Assembly: GCF_009914755.1 (NCBI RefSeq)
Contig: NC_060945.1
DNA: 64,000 bases
Source: the human T2T-CHM13v2.0 reference genome, Homo sapiens
Strand: one strand, 5' to 3'
Of the stretch, positions 37,142 to 51,431 are shown in pieces. A program made the translations under genes and the position numbers. Numbering within the stretch: the stretch's first letter is position 1; each line of letters begins with the position of its first letter. The notes beneath the pieces were generated by a model that worked only from the letters and a program-made list of their open reading frames with translations, was not told where the DNA came from and did no database searches.

Positions 37142-40100
37142 GTGAGTGCGGCCGCCGGGGAGGAGGGGAGCGCGGGCCCTCGCGGGCCGGCCTCGTTCCG
37201 GGGCCTTTTCCCCCACAAGGGCCCCCCCGCGGCCGCCTCTGTGTTTTGTTTCCGCTGGTCCCCGGCGCTGTGACTCCCATTTCCGTTCGTGGAGACTTGA
37301 GGGAGCCGGGTGGGGAGGGGCGGGAGAGGCTGTGCGGGGAGCGAAGGGGAGGGGCGGGGGGCGAGCGGCCTGGAGCCCGGGGGGACCGGGCACCGCCGGG
37401 ACCCGTGCCGGACGGGTCGCCTGTCGCCGCTCCCTCCTTTCCGCGTCCCCTCCTCGCCCGTCCGCACTCCTCAGCAGTCTCAGCCTGCTCAGCTGGGATG
37501 TGGTCCTGACGCCCCCGAGATTTTAAGAGCAAAATGCAGACCCTGTCTCATCGCGGGACTCAGCGATTCACTCATTTCAAATCCGCTCTCTTTATAGAAC
37601 AACACACACCAGAATCATTTATCAGCGTATATGGTAGCCATCTGGGTTTGTTTTTTTGTTTTTAAGCAAGGAAGTAAACCAAGGAGATAACAATGGGTTG
37701 TCTACTTGGAAATTTTTTTGTGTACTAGAAGACACGCTGTATGTGCGTGTTTGGATTTAGGGACCCCAGTTTGATCAGGTTAGCGGACCGAGAGGACAAT
37801 GCCTAATATTGCATTGCAAGATGATTAGAAATTTAGAAATAAAATTCATTTCATAAGTAGTTTCCACTAATAGCAGTAGGTCTGACTCGTGAGAAGAGCA
37901 AAGATTTAGCAGGATTCACTTGAGCGAATTGTAGAACGAGGCGGTGATAACATTCTTCGGTAGTGTTATCTTGAACTTCAGAAGAAACCGCTCAACTCTT
38001 TAGCAACTGCTTGAGGGACTAGCCTGTCTCTCAGGGTTCCATCCAGGCTTTCCAAGCTTCTTTATTTTTAGACATACAGTGACGCTGAGTGGACTTCAAG
38101 TCAATTTTACCTGAATTGTGTATACAAGAGCATCTGTCATGAGGCATGTATAGTAATGAAGTAATTAAATCATGAGCTAGATGTTAGGTTGAAGCAAATC
38201 ATCAGACCGAGTACTAAATTAAAACTGTTGACTTTAGCCTTCCCTCAACTCTTTATATATAAAACTCCAAACCTACAGAAGAATTGGGGAAAAAATCATG
38301 CAGTGAACACGCAGATACCCTTCACCTGAGGGTCCCAACTGTTAATCTTTCACTGTATGTGCTTTCTCTTTTTATATTACATAGATATGTATGCTTTGCT
38401 TTTTCTTAACTGCTACCTTTATTTTTGAAAATAAAAATGTCTTTTAATTTCCTCAGACACAGAAAAGCATTTGATAACTTAGGAAAATGTGCAGTTAATC
38501 TCGCAGGTACCCCCACACTCCACTTATAATATATTGGGAACAAAATGTTCTAAGCTCTGTAATAATGCTCTCCAATGAAGGACAATTCTCAAATTTATCT
38601 GTAGTTTCAAAAGGGAATGTTACACCTATCTGTATTTTAAAAGACACTAGCCGTTCCCAGAATTTTTCGTTAAATTCAAGTTTAGTTTGTATCCCATCTT
38701 GTGAAACATTCCGAACCCCAGGTTGGATTTAATCCAGCAGAACCAGAGTGTCAAAGTATATGAAATTGTTCTGTGCAGTTCTGGCGGGGGCAGCCCTTAG
38801 ACGGAGAAACTGCAAGTAATTTTCTCTCAGTTTTCCTAAGTATTGACATAGAAGCCTGAGGAATTGGTTTCAGAAAAAGAGATAAGACTCACTCAAAAAC
38901 TGATATGAAAGATTTGGACTATTTCTCAAATCTCTGTTTTGCTTCTCTGGACTAAGCATAGAGAACCAGGAGAGAAAGAAAGATTTAAGAGACTGAGTAA
39001 TATTTTTTGACAGATCATTTAAGAAACTGAGTAATTTTTTTTTTCTCCAAAAGGGCATGGGTTTTTGTTTTGTTTTGTTTTTTCTCTATTTGGCACTTTC
39101 TAGGGATTGGTCTATAAATTTTTTGAAAGATCATAGGATAAATTTCTTTGTAGCAACTTCCTATTTTAGTGTTTATGTTAGGGGAGCCCCAGGTGTCCCT
39201 GCTGATACGCCATTAGGGCCACTTCTCAGCCTCTGGCTACATCATAATGCTTTTTTTTCTATCTTGCCAAAGTTTCCAGAAAATTTATGTTTTCTAATTT
39301 TAAAAAAATTGGTTGTGGAGATGGGAGTGGACCTCTTTATAAGCCCTGAAAATAAGTGATTTTTTTTAAGTGCTATTCTGCTATAAACCTGATTCTCACT
39401 TTTTTCTGTAGACAACAGTTTTTTATAATATATCTATTTTGTGTGGACATTATTTCCTTTTAACCAATACTGAAATTCCATAGTGTATACTTTCTCCACA
39501 TTTTCTTTGATTAATACTTTCTTAAAATAGACACTTGGATTGGCACCAGCTGTCACCAATAAAGCTGCCCTGAACATTGTCAATCAATCCTGTTAACCAA
39601 TTTGAGAATTTTTCTGGAATGCTTAGTTAGGGATGAAATTGCTGGGTTATAGGTATGAGTATGCTTGATATACTTTTCTCCAGAATGTCTACACCTGTGT
39701 GTACACCACATCTCCAGAGATAGGGGAATCTTATGTCCCTGCTAACTGCTCTCGTTATTTAATTTTCTGACATTTGCCGCCGCCGCCGCCCCCTGCCCCC
39801 AACACACACATGGTATAAAGTGGTAGTTTCTTGTTTTAAATTGAACTTTTGAATGATTTGAATTTGGGCATTTCTTTGTATCCTGAGTTATTTTGGTTTC
39901 CCGTTATGTGAATATCCTTTTCCTATGCTTTAACTACTTTTCTAATTTGTCCCTTTTTTTGGTTATCAAATTCCAGGCCATTGTCTATTCCATCGTCACT
40001 TTTGGGTATTGGAAACATCTTTCCATTCTGTAGCCTGTCTGTTGAACATAAATCTTGATTTTTATGTAATCAGATTTTTCTCCTTACGGTTATGTTCTTG

Positions 40101-40859
40101 GAATTTTATTTAAGAAATCTTTTTCTATCCTGAGACCACAAAAATGTCCCCACCATTTTCTTCTGTTTCATAGTTTTGCCTTGTATGTTTAATCCTTTAA
40201 GGCATGTGTAGTTCATTTTATATGGTGTGAAATAGTTCTTATTCATTTATTCAACACATATTGGTGGAGTGCCTGCTGAAGGTAGTACTCTTCAGAGTAC
40301 TTTGTATATATTTGTGAACACATATTCTTGCCCTGGAAGCTTATGTTGTCCTTCAAGGTAGATCCCTACTCGGTTTCCACCTGTTTTCTTCAGCCCTCAG
40401 GATGAATTCCACAATTTTACACATAGCACCAGTTAAGGAATAGGCTTTATTGGAGAAAAGGAAGGCTTATTAGACCAGCATCAGCAAGAAAAAAAAAAAC
40501 CAAAAACAGAGGGTCTTCATTTCTTCATCATCCCCAAAAAAGCCTGCTGGAGCCTGCGCATTCTGCTAGATATGCACGTGAACAGAATCTGCGCAGTCGG
40601 CTAGATGTGCTTGTGAACGGAGCCTGCGCAGTCTGCTCCATATGCATGCGTCCATCCCAGTGGAGAACCTTACCCTTTTATTGTTCGTCCTTAAAGGGCA
40701 AGCCTGAGAGCAACCTTAATTACGTGGGAAAAATTAGATCATTTTGTATCAGGCAGTCTAGATTTGGGTGCCAGCTATTTGTCAGAAAACCAGCTACCCC
40801 ATAGTTGGAGATATTGAGAACTTAGGAGAGTTATAGCCCTTTCTAAAGTGGGAAGGGAG

Positions 40860-41480
40860 ACTCAGTTTCTTAATGCTAGTGTAACAAATTATGCAAATTT
40901 AGTGGCTTAAAAACACCACCTGTTTATTATCTTACAGTTTTGGAGTCAGAAATATGAAGTAGGTCTCTGGGCTAAAATGAGGTGTTGCCAGTGCTGTTTT
41001 TCTAGAGCCTTCGAGGGAGAATCCGTTCCTTGTCTAGCTTTCAGAAGCTACCTGCATTCCTTGGCTCAAAGCTCCTTTCCTCCATCTTCAAAGCCAGTCA
41101 CAGCTAACCGGCAGATCTTCACATTGAATCACTCTGGCTCTCTCTTCCAATTTCCTCTTCTACTTTTAAGGACCTTCTACTTTTATTTATTTGTTTCAAG
41201 AGATAGGGTCTCGCTGTTGCCCAGGAGGGAGTGCAGTGGCACGATCATCATTGACTGCAGCCTCGACTCCTGGTCTCAAGCGATCTTCTCACTTCAGCCT
41301 CCCAAGTAGCTAGGACAACAGTTGCACACCACCATGCCTGGCTAATTTTAAAAATGTTTTTATAGGAGACAGGTTCTTTTTATGTTGCCCAGGCTGGTCT
41401 TGAACTCATGGGTTCAAACAGTCCTCTCTCCTCGATCTCCCAGAGTATTAGGATTACAGGCATGAGGCACCGTATCTGGC
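40860..41480. mobile_element. MLT1-type LTR fragment followed by antisense AluJ (41180-41480)
   Basis: gtaacaaattat...agtggcttaaaa...tttattatcttacagttttggag; then reverse Alu. Confidence 0.75.
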
Positions 41481-42572
41481 CCTAGCTGCGTTTTAAAAAC
41501 GATCACACTCTGGCCGTTGTATTGACTGAGAATAGACTGTGAGGGGACAAGAGTGGACACAGGGACCCCCTTTAGGAGATTGTTGCAGTACTCCAGGTAA
41601 GGGGTGGTGGTGGCTGTTGTACTGATATACGCAATACAGAGCCTATATTTGGACAACCATGGTTCATCCCCATCTGGAATGATACCTACTTAGGTTGATA
41701 CACCAAAACTGTGACATGGAGCCACAAGTGGTTTAGCCTCACCTCTGAATAGCGTTCGTATGAGATGGAGCTCAAAATAAGATTGCTCTATGCAAAGCAT
41801 TTGAATGCAGTGCCTGATGCTCGGCGAGTAATGGTTAATACAAATGAACATTTAAATTCTTCATTTAGTGAAATCTTGTAAGTGGGAGCACAACTCTTTT
41901 GTAAATGTCGAAATACCAAATTTAGTGGAGCGTTCCTTTTAAAGGTACGCCTCTTTTTAGATGTGGTAGTACGCTTAGAATAACTACTCAGAAGGTGCTG
42001 TGGACTGAAAGTGCGTATGGAATTCAAAGACATTCATTGACCTACTGCGAGGTAGTTAATAACAGAACCTGGTACTTAACAGTATTAACACCTCAGACAT
42101 GTCCACAAAGAAATATCTATGTATATTAGCTATTTGTGTATTCTTTAGCATTTTTAAAATTCTAATGTTTTTGTATCAGTGGTTTTAAGCAATAGATAAA
42201 AATTTTACATGGGATAATTAAAAACTGAAGTAGTGGTCTGTTTAAAATAAAACCACCTCTGAAAAAATCATTAAAAATTTTCTACTGTGTGTAATCAGGG
42301 AAATAATGTGCATATCTGTAATTTGTTACTTTGTTTTGCTGTTTTATAATATTCTTGCATTTATAAGAGACATCATTTGTACCAAATCCTAGCTGATTAA
42401 TTTGCATATCATTGTATCAGTGTGATACTTTGCAGTAAATTCTGCTACTAAGGTACAACTTTCAGCTGAATAAACATAGTTCATCTCCATGTTAAGCTTC
42501 AGGTTTGAATCTGTTATTGAGACTGAGTTGCTTTAATATAGTTAACAGACCCTTAACTTAATTTTGAGGTAA

Positions 42573-43013
<441 letters not shown>

Positions 43014-43162
43014 TAAAGACTACTTCCCCCTCTTCTGCTTGGCGTTTGCTTTTTATTTGGATTGGGTCTCTACTTCTTGTGTGTCATTTCGTTTATGTGG
43101 ATAGTTTTAAAATATCTTAAAAAGTCACTCTTGCAGGACTGATCCTTTGAAATACTCCAGCC

Positions 43163-43239
43163 ATGACTAAAAGAGAAGCAGAGGAGCTGATAGAAATTGA
43201 GATTGATGGAACAGAGAAAGCAGAGTGCACAGAAGAAAG
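43163..43239 (+). CDS. GABPA: GABPA first coding exon (GA-binding protein alpha, ETS transcription factor)
   Basis: Exon starts at 43137 (tgcag|GACT); Kozak GCCATGA; MTKREAEELIEIEIDGTEKAECTEE(S); donor AAG|gttggt. Confidence 0.97.
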
Positions 43240-45399
43240 GTTGGTGTTTCTGAATTTATCATTTTTTTTCAAAATATCAATATACCTAATTAAAACCAGG
43301 AAACAAGTCATAGTTCTTTTGGACTGTCTTTTTTTAACTGTTCTCAGTATTTTAGGGAATAATGTATTGTTTTATTTCCTCTGACTTAATGTGGTTGTAG
43401 CTGAGAGGGAAAGACAGTTTTAAACTAATGGTAGTAAAAGGGTAAATGAAATCAAAAGCAATTGCTTTCAATAGTTTTCTCCTTTGGGGCATTTGATTCT
43501 TTATTCTTTTCCTCAGCACTGGTTGCTTTAATTTCAGAAATAGTTTAATTCAACCTGAACTCATTTAACAAATATTTATGAGTAACTGTTGTAAACAACT
43601 AATTGACAAGAATATGTGAATAAATAAGATACTAATCTGCCCTTATAAAGGCCACGTTGTATTTGAGGAGACATACAGGTATATGAGTACTTACGGGACC
43701 AGTACTAAGCATAAAATGTAGTGAAAAGTGTTAATTCTTGGAATAATAGTGGAATCATACTTATTTGAAAGGAGGACAGTAGTAATGAGTTCAGAATCCA
43801 AGGAGAGAACATGGGTAGAAATAGACATTTGGGAGTCAACAAGAAGACTGAGGAAAGTAGTAGTTAATGGTCCCTATTGTACTCCGTGAAGTAGGAGGTG
43901 AGATAATAAGCTGAAAGTAAAAGGGATTGAAAAGTACTAGAGAATCTCTGTGGAGTAACAAAGGTTTAGAAGTTTCTGCAGTGGAACTGGACAAGATAAT
44001 TAAGGTTAAGGAGGATACTGAGTATTGAGAGTACAGTTGAGATTTAAAATCTTAAATTTTTAATAGAGCTTTTCAACTTGTTTATCCCAGTTTTTCCAGC
44101 ATAAGAAAGAGGGAATGCATGCTTCTGTGGAATTTCATGTATAGATATTTGTGTTAGAAATTACCCCAAAATTCAGAAACTAAAAATGCGTAACATTCAG
44201 CCAGATGCAGTGGCTCATGCCTGTAGTCCCAACAGTTTGGGAGGCTGAGGTGGGCAGATCACTTGAGCCCAGGAGTTCAAGACCAGCCTGGGCAGCATGG
44301 CAAAACCCTGTCTCTACAAAACATACAAAAAAAAAAAAAATAGCCTGGCCTGGTGACATGTGCCTAAGTCCCAGCTACTCTGGAGGCTGAGGTGAGAGGA
44401 TTGCTTGAGCCCAGGAGTTCAAGGCTGCAGTGAGCCATGATTGTGCCATCGTTGTGCCATTGCATTCCAGCTTTAGTGACAGGACAAGGTGCGGTCTCAA
44501 AAAAAAAAAAAAAGCCCAACATTTTTTATTGCTCATTGTTTCTCAGAGAAACCTGGGAGCAACTTACCTGGGTGGATCTGTCTCGGGTATTTCATGAGTT
44601 TGCAATGAAGCTGTCAGCCCAGGCTGCAGTCTTGTAAAGACTTGACTAGGGCTAGGGTGTCTGCGTCCAAAGTCATGCTTGAGACTCTCAGCAAGATGCC
44701 TCAGTTCCTCATCACATGACTCTCTCTAGGGCTGCTCATGGGATGGCAGCTGGCTTCCCTTAAAGCAAATGGTCTGAGAGACAGAATGGCAAAGTAGAAA
44801 GCCCCAGTGTCTTTTTTAAGTAATCTAAGAAGTGACATATCACTTTGTCTTAGTCTTCTGGTCACACAGTCCAACCCTAGTACAGTGCTGGAGGGAACTT
44901 TAAAAGGGCATGAATTTAAGAATCATTGGCAGCCCTCTTGGAGTCTAGCATGCATATATTTATACATGCATGCACACAGATGGTCCACAAAGTCTAAAGT
45001 ATGTACTATCTGACCTTTTGTGGATAGTCTAGGTTAGGCGACAGATTGGTAATTAATATGTATGACCTATGTGAAGGAGGCAGTAATTGTCGTTCACCTA
45101 ACGTAGATTTTTGCTGTGCAAGAATTTAGGTCTAGTAGTATGAGATCATCTTTTTTTTTTTTTTTTAAGAGAAATTGGTACTTTAGATATTTGAGGTCTT
45201 CCAAGGTTTAAATGATAGCAATAAAAACTTTTTAAAAATGTTTAATGTTCAGCTAGTATAAAGTAGTTCTTTAAAAATTTGTTTTAAAAGTGACATTTGA
45301 ATCTTAAGAGTAATTGTTACAAAAAAAGAAAAAACTGGCCTGACACAGTGGCTCATGCTTGTAATCCCAGCACTTTGGGAGGCCAAGGCAGGTGAATCA

Positions 45400-45638
<239 letters not shown>

Positions 45639-46771
45639 CTATAGCTGAAGAGTTTGGTAAAAAGGCTTACTTAAAGTTTTTTTTTACCTTAACAAATAAC
45701 AATAGTAGACTAGTATTTTTAAATAAGCTTGTTTTTAATCATGAGGGTTCTATTTTATAAATTTTAAATGTTTTAAGTCAAGTGCAATGGCACACACCTG
45801 TAGTCCCAGCTACTTGGGAGGCTGAGGTGGGAAGATCAGTTGAGCTCAGGAGTTTGAGGCCGGCCTGGTGTGAACATAGGGAGACTCTCTCTAAAATTAA
45901 AATATAAATAAATATTTTAGAAAAAAGTTTAAGCTATATACATTCATTGAATATCATGTATGTATCTCATTTTACTTGTAATTTATGTGAAAACTTGACA
46001 GATTTTTAATGCATACTGTTTTTGACAATCACAAATAAGATTTAAATCATATTTAAATTAAACATGTTGGAATACTTAATTGAATTCCACATTCACCAAT
46101 TCAGCAAATATTACTTAGTATTTGTCTATTTGGCCCTATATAAGGATTTGTAAGAGTTATGTAGGATTACTTACCAAAGATTTTAACCCTTTTGAATTCA
46201 AAGTGTGAAATAATATGAAAGAGCACTAAGACAGTTTTTAGGAAGAATATACATTTTTTTTTTAAACGTTGAGCTGTCCTGATTATAACCAGTTGTGTTC
46301 ATATTAAATTAAAGGGAAAGTCTTTTATTTAACTTATTCTATTTTTATATCTTTCTTTTTTTTTATGTGGGGAAGGGAAATTGACTAGTAGAGATGGCAT
46401 ACAGATTTTGAGGAGACAATGTGTCTTCCTTTCTGGGTCTAAAATTCTTCAAAATAACTTGAAAATGTAATGCAAATGCAAACATAATGTATGTGCAATG
46501 TTTATATGTGTACACATACACACATATGTATGTACATACATAATGAGGCATATTTACAAGGATGCTTTAAATTTCAAGCTTAGCATTTCTCTATGAAATT
46601 CAGTGTTCATTTTGGCAACACTAGTTGGTGATGAGCCACAGTATCTATGTAGAAATGACTTTTCAAAGACCAGAAATGTGTTTTGGTTTGGGATTGTGTT
46701 TTTAGCATATTGTTGCTTTGAAATCCAGGGTAAAAAATGTAACTGTTAGCACTTACATCTTTAACATTTAG

Positions 46772-46916
46772 CATTGTAGAACAAACCTACGCGCCAGCTG
46801 AATGTGTAAGCCAGGCCATAGACATCAATGAACCAATAGGCAATTTAAAGAAACTGCTAGAACCAAGACTACAGTGTTCTTTGGATGCTCATGAAATTTG
46901 TCTGCAAGATATCCAG
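46772..46916 (+). CDS. GABPA: GABPA coding exon (OST domain region)
   Basis: tttag|CATTGTA and CCAG|gtaatt; 145 nt; IVEQTYAPAECVSQAIDINEPIGNLKKLLEPRLQCSLDAHEICLQDIQ. Confidence 0.97.
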
Positions 46917-49421
46917 GTAATTTTTATTTTTGTAAATTTCTATTGCAACATTTTAGTCTGCATAGGAATATTTTTTGTTAGCCTTTTCTTTATAGCTATA
47001 GACTTTATCTCTGTAAGAAGATTTGACCTGTATTACTGTAAAATTTAAGTGTTTAGAAATAAAAAGGTTTTTAAGCAAAGTTTTCTCCATTTAAAGTTAT
47101 ATTTTAAATATTTAGTACTAAAACAAATGAAACATTTGTTTTTTACTTTCACAAATATAAAACGAGAAGTTTAAATAAATTAGAATCAAAGCTTAAATAT
47201 AAGTAGTAACAGTAGGAAGCCCATTGACTTTTGAAGCTGAAGTGTATTTCTAGCCAGCTTTTAACTTCTCAAACGTATCATTTAACTAAATGATTTCTAC
47301 ATTTCTGTTTTACCTTTATTTTCTCTAACAGTAAGTTTTGGATAAGAATTTAAATATCAACTGATAGGTCCTGGAATTTATTGTAAAAGGATTTTACCCA
47401 TGGTAGTAGTATAATATGTTATGTCTGAAACATATCCCGAGTCATATTTTACAGTATGTTTTAAAGATAGGTAGTACTTTTATGTATGAAAGGTAGCAGC
47501 CTAAATAGGATTGCCCATACAGTTTTCCATGACCTTCCTTAAACATATGATTAAATACTAGAGTTTTATACTTTTTTTTTTTCTTTTTTTTGAAATGGAG
47601 TCTCGTTCTGTCACCCAGGCTTTAGTGCAGTCGTGTAGTTTCGGGTCACTGCAACCTCCACCTCCCAGGTTCAAACGATCCTCCTGCCTCAGCCTCCTGA
47701 GTAGCTGGGACTACTACAGGCCGATGCTTCCACACCTGGCTAATTTTCGTATTTTTAGTAGACACGGGGTTTTGCTGTGTTGGCCAGGCTGCTCTTGAAC
47801 TCCTGATCTCAAGTGATCCGCCTGCCTTGGCCTCCCAAAGTGCTAGGATTACAGGTGTGAGCCAGCGTGCCTGGCTGAGTTTTATACTATTTTTATATTA
47901 ACTTAGATTAATGTATATTGTTTCATCTTCTGGATCGTTTGATTTATTTTATTCTTTACTCCTTCCCCTGCCTGCCTTGTGATATGGGTATTCTGTATAT
48001 TACAGAACTTTTTTATTAGTTTTTTAAAAATTCAAATCATCATATGCTGCTACTATTTTTAATAAGATATTGTTGTACAATAAGTTGAAGTGTTTTAACA
48101 AAATTTGTGCATTTTATTTGCCTTTTAACCATACTTTAATCTTTTCATTTCAATATAAATCTAGTAATTGGTGGTGGGTAGGGAAGATAGAGTGCCTCTA
48201 AAACTAGGGCATGTGGGAAAGTCTAGTAGTGTTACAAATTTTAGGATTTAAAGTTTTTTTCTCTTAACAATGAGAGGATGAGTTAGCTTAGTCTTTTTGG
48301 AAGACCACCTCCCATTTAATATCTGTTAATGTTAAATGTGAAATTCCTAACAGTTCCACTTCAGCAAATTATTCCTACAGAAATGCTCACTTGGGTAGGT
48401 AAAGATATATGCATGAAGATGTTCATGGCTTTGCAAAAACTGAAAACACCTCAAATGTTCCAAAAATGAGATTTGATAGAATAGAATTCGAGGTAGCCAT
48501 TAAAAACTGGTGAACTTGAGCTATATGGGCAAGGTACGTTGAGTGAAAAAAATACTTACAAAACACTCTAATTCTCTCACGTAATCTTCACATCAGTCTT
48601 TGAAATCAGCATATTTTTAGTCACATTCTGCAGATGTAGAAACAGATTTAAAGAGGTTAAATAATTTGCCCAATGTGTGGCTACAAAAGGGTATACTGGA
48701 ATTTGAACCCAGACCTCTGTGGCTCCAGAACTCTCTTCACTTGTTTGAGACGAAAAAACAAAAAACTTTTTTAAAGGTTTATAGTGAATATAACTCAGTG
48801 TCACTGGACTTTGCCTGGTTTTGCTCATATGTAAAATAAAGGAGAATCTGGACTTGATCTCTTAGTTGTCTTTCAGCTGTAACATTTATTGCTTTCTTTA
48901 TAACACTTGACCTATCCAAAATGAAAGTATGGCCTGCAGATTACCCAGGCTCTTCCAAGTTCTCAGAAAATAATAGTTGGATAAATGGTAATATTTATAA
49001 TTCATATTGTCATAGAATTCAGGGCTAGCTTTGGATCTAAGGGCATTTTGCATTACTCCTTGTCCCCCTTTCCTCCTTAAAAAGGATATGAGGACCACAC
49101 TGACATGTTCTTCATGTCAATGCAAACATACATTTCAGTCAGAAGTCTTGCTGCTTATGGTAATGCTGTGGGCTGACTTGAAAGCTGAGGGAACAACGGC
49201 TAAGTTGCACTTTTTTGAAGAGTGTTAACACAAGATCAAATACCAGGCTTGAGTTTTGTCCTTGTTCTGGCTTTTAGTGAACTTGCTAATATGTTCAGTA
49301 CCTGAGAGCTTATACTTTCAGAGTTACATTTGCCATAGCTTCTAATGGATAATACCAGTGTCCACCAGACAAGGAGAAAAAAACTTGACATTAAGACAAT
49401 TTTTAATGAAATGTATATTAA

Positions 49422-49628
<207 letters not shown>

Positions 49629-49654
49629 TAGCTAATTTTTGTATTTGTGTATAG

Positions 49655-49798
<144 letters not shown>

Positions 49799-50597
49799 TA
49801 GATTCATAGTCATTTGTCATGTGTTTGTGCCATGACGACACCATCAGTTGAATTCTTGGGAATGCGAGTAGGACATGCAGCTTTATGACATGCAGACACA
49901 GTTATAAATTATGCAAGATGATTATAATGGAAGCCTGTCTTTAAGCTGATGACAGAAAGTGTCTGAAAGTCAGAATTAATGTTTTATCATCAATTTGCCA
50001 TAGTGTGAAATGCATTCTATAAGGATATATGAAGGAAAAAACACTAATACTGAAATGATATAGAATTAGGATTCAAGATATTCATAGCTAGGTTAGGTAG
50101 TAAGGTCATAAGTGCTTTAATTTTATTAACTTTATGATGAGAGATTTAGAGTAAACCCTTATCTTCAATATGTAGCATTGATTACAAGGCAGATATGACA
50201 AGAATATGTTAATATATTTAGATAAATTATCATGACTAATTAAACACTTTTACTTATTCATGACAGATATAGCATTACCTTCTACTTTAAATACATTTCA
50301 GAATGAATAATTGCCTTTTGGAATTATTTAAAATCCCAAACTAGACTCCAGAGGTAGAGAAAACTGACATGACAAATTTGGTGGTATGCTGTCCTCAATT
50401 ACTTCCTCAGTGGTGAAAATATTTTAGATTTTGGCAAAGAATTAAATATGACAAGCTAAATAATGTGTTCTTATAATTTAATTAGTATGTTCAGTAATTA
50501 AGTTCTGTTTGGTACATCCATTTATTCTAAACCAAAGGCAAGGGACTTAATCTAATGATTGCACTGAAATAATCTTACTCATTTTATCCATGGTTAG

Positions 50598-50682
50598 CTG
50601 GATCCAGAACGAAGTTTATTTGACCAAGGAGTAAAAACAGATGGAACTGTACAGCTTAGTGTACAGGTAATTTCTTACCAAG
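50598..50682 (+). CDS. GABPA: GABPA coding exon
   Basis: gttag|CTGGAT and CAAG|gtaagt; 85 nt; LDPERSLFDQGVKTDGTVQLSVQVISYQ. Confidence 0.96.
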
Positions 50683-51232
50683 GTAAGTTACTTTTCATGA
50701 TAGTTATTTAAAATTTTAGCTCATGTTTTTCTGATACAATTTATAAGTTTTTAGGTGTTTTCGATGGTTGTCTACATTACTTGATATGATATAATAGCCA
50801 AAATTCATGCTTTGGGTTTAGTAGTTTTATTTGACAGGGTGAAACAGATAGTACAACACATTCTACTTAGTTCAATCATAAAAGGATATATTATATGGTA
50901 GTAAATAGCAGAATCAGAGAGAGTACTGGAAGTCAGCAGGTTGCAGCTGACTTCCTAAGAGTACCTCAGCCACACTGCAGAACTGGACTGCTAAGGAAGC
51001 TGCTGCCCTGCCATGATCTGGAAAATACAACACCTGGAAGCTACCATGGTAGCTGTCACTTTAACCATGTTGCCTTTACAGTGATCCACACTAGTCAAAA
51101 AAATAGATGTCTGCTGGCTGCGGGGGCTCACGCCTGTAATCCTACCACTTTGGGAGGCTGAGGTGGGCAGATCATTTGAGGTCAAGAGTTTGAGAACAGC
51201 CTGGCCAACATGGTGCAACCCCATCTCTACTA

Positions 51233-51391
<159 letters not shown>

Positions 51392-51431
51392 TCAATCAGT
51401 CAATCAATAAAAAAATAGATGTTATCTGCCT

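Larger units (their letters stand above)
36050..37570. promoter_or_regulatory. CpG island / bidirectional ATP5PF-GABPA promoter
   Basis: High GC and CpG between divergent genes; ETS/GABP motifs at 36468-36475, 36556-36563, 36621-36628 and 36640-36647; YY1 CCGCCATCTT 36665-36674; NRF1-like ACGCATGCGC 36728-36737; ZNF143-type ACTACAACTCCC (minus) 36924-36935; GC boxes. Confidence 0.92.

Noticed and set aside
36745-37532. Overlapping 254-aa (+) and 256-aa (-) ORFs and other long ORFs in the island
   Set aside because: GC-rich DNA is depleted of stop codons; the products are low-complexity G/R/P/A with non-ATG starts, have no recognisable domain, and run across the GABPA exon 1 donor
40549-40653. 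35-bp repeats as a possible CRISPR-like array
   Set aside because: The units are contiguous with no unique spacers, there are no cas genes, and the context is a mammalian intron
46487-46541. Short palindromes (atgtatgtacatacat, tatgtgtacacata), with similar sequence at 6655-6720
   Set aside because: Expected by-product of alternating purine-pyrimidine simple repeats
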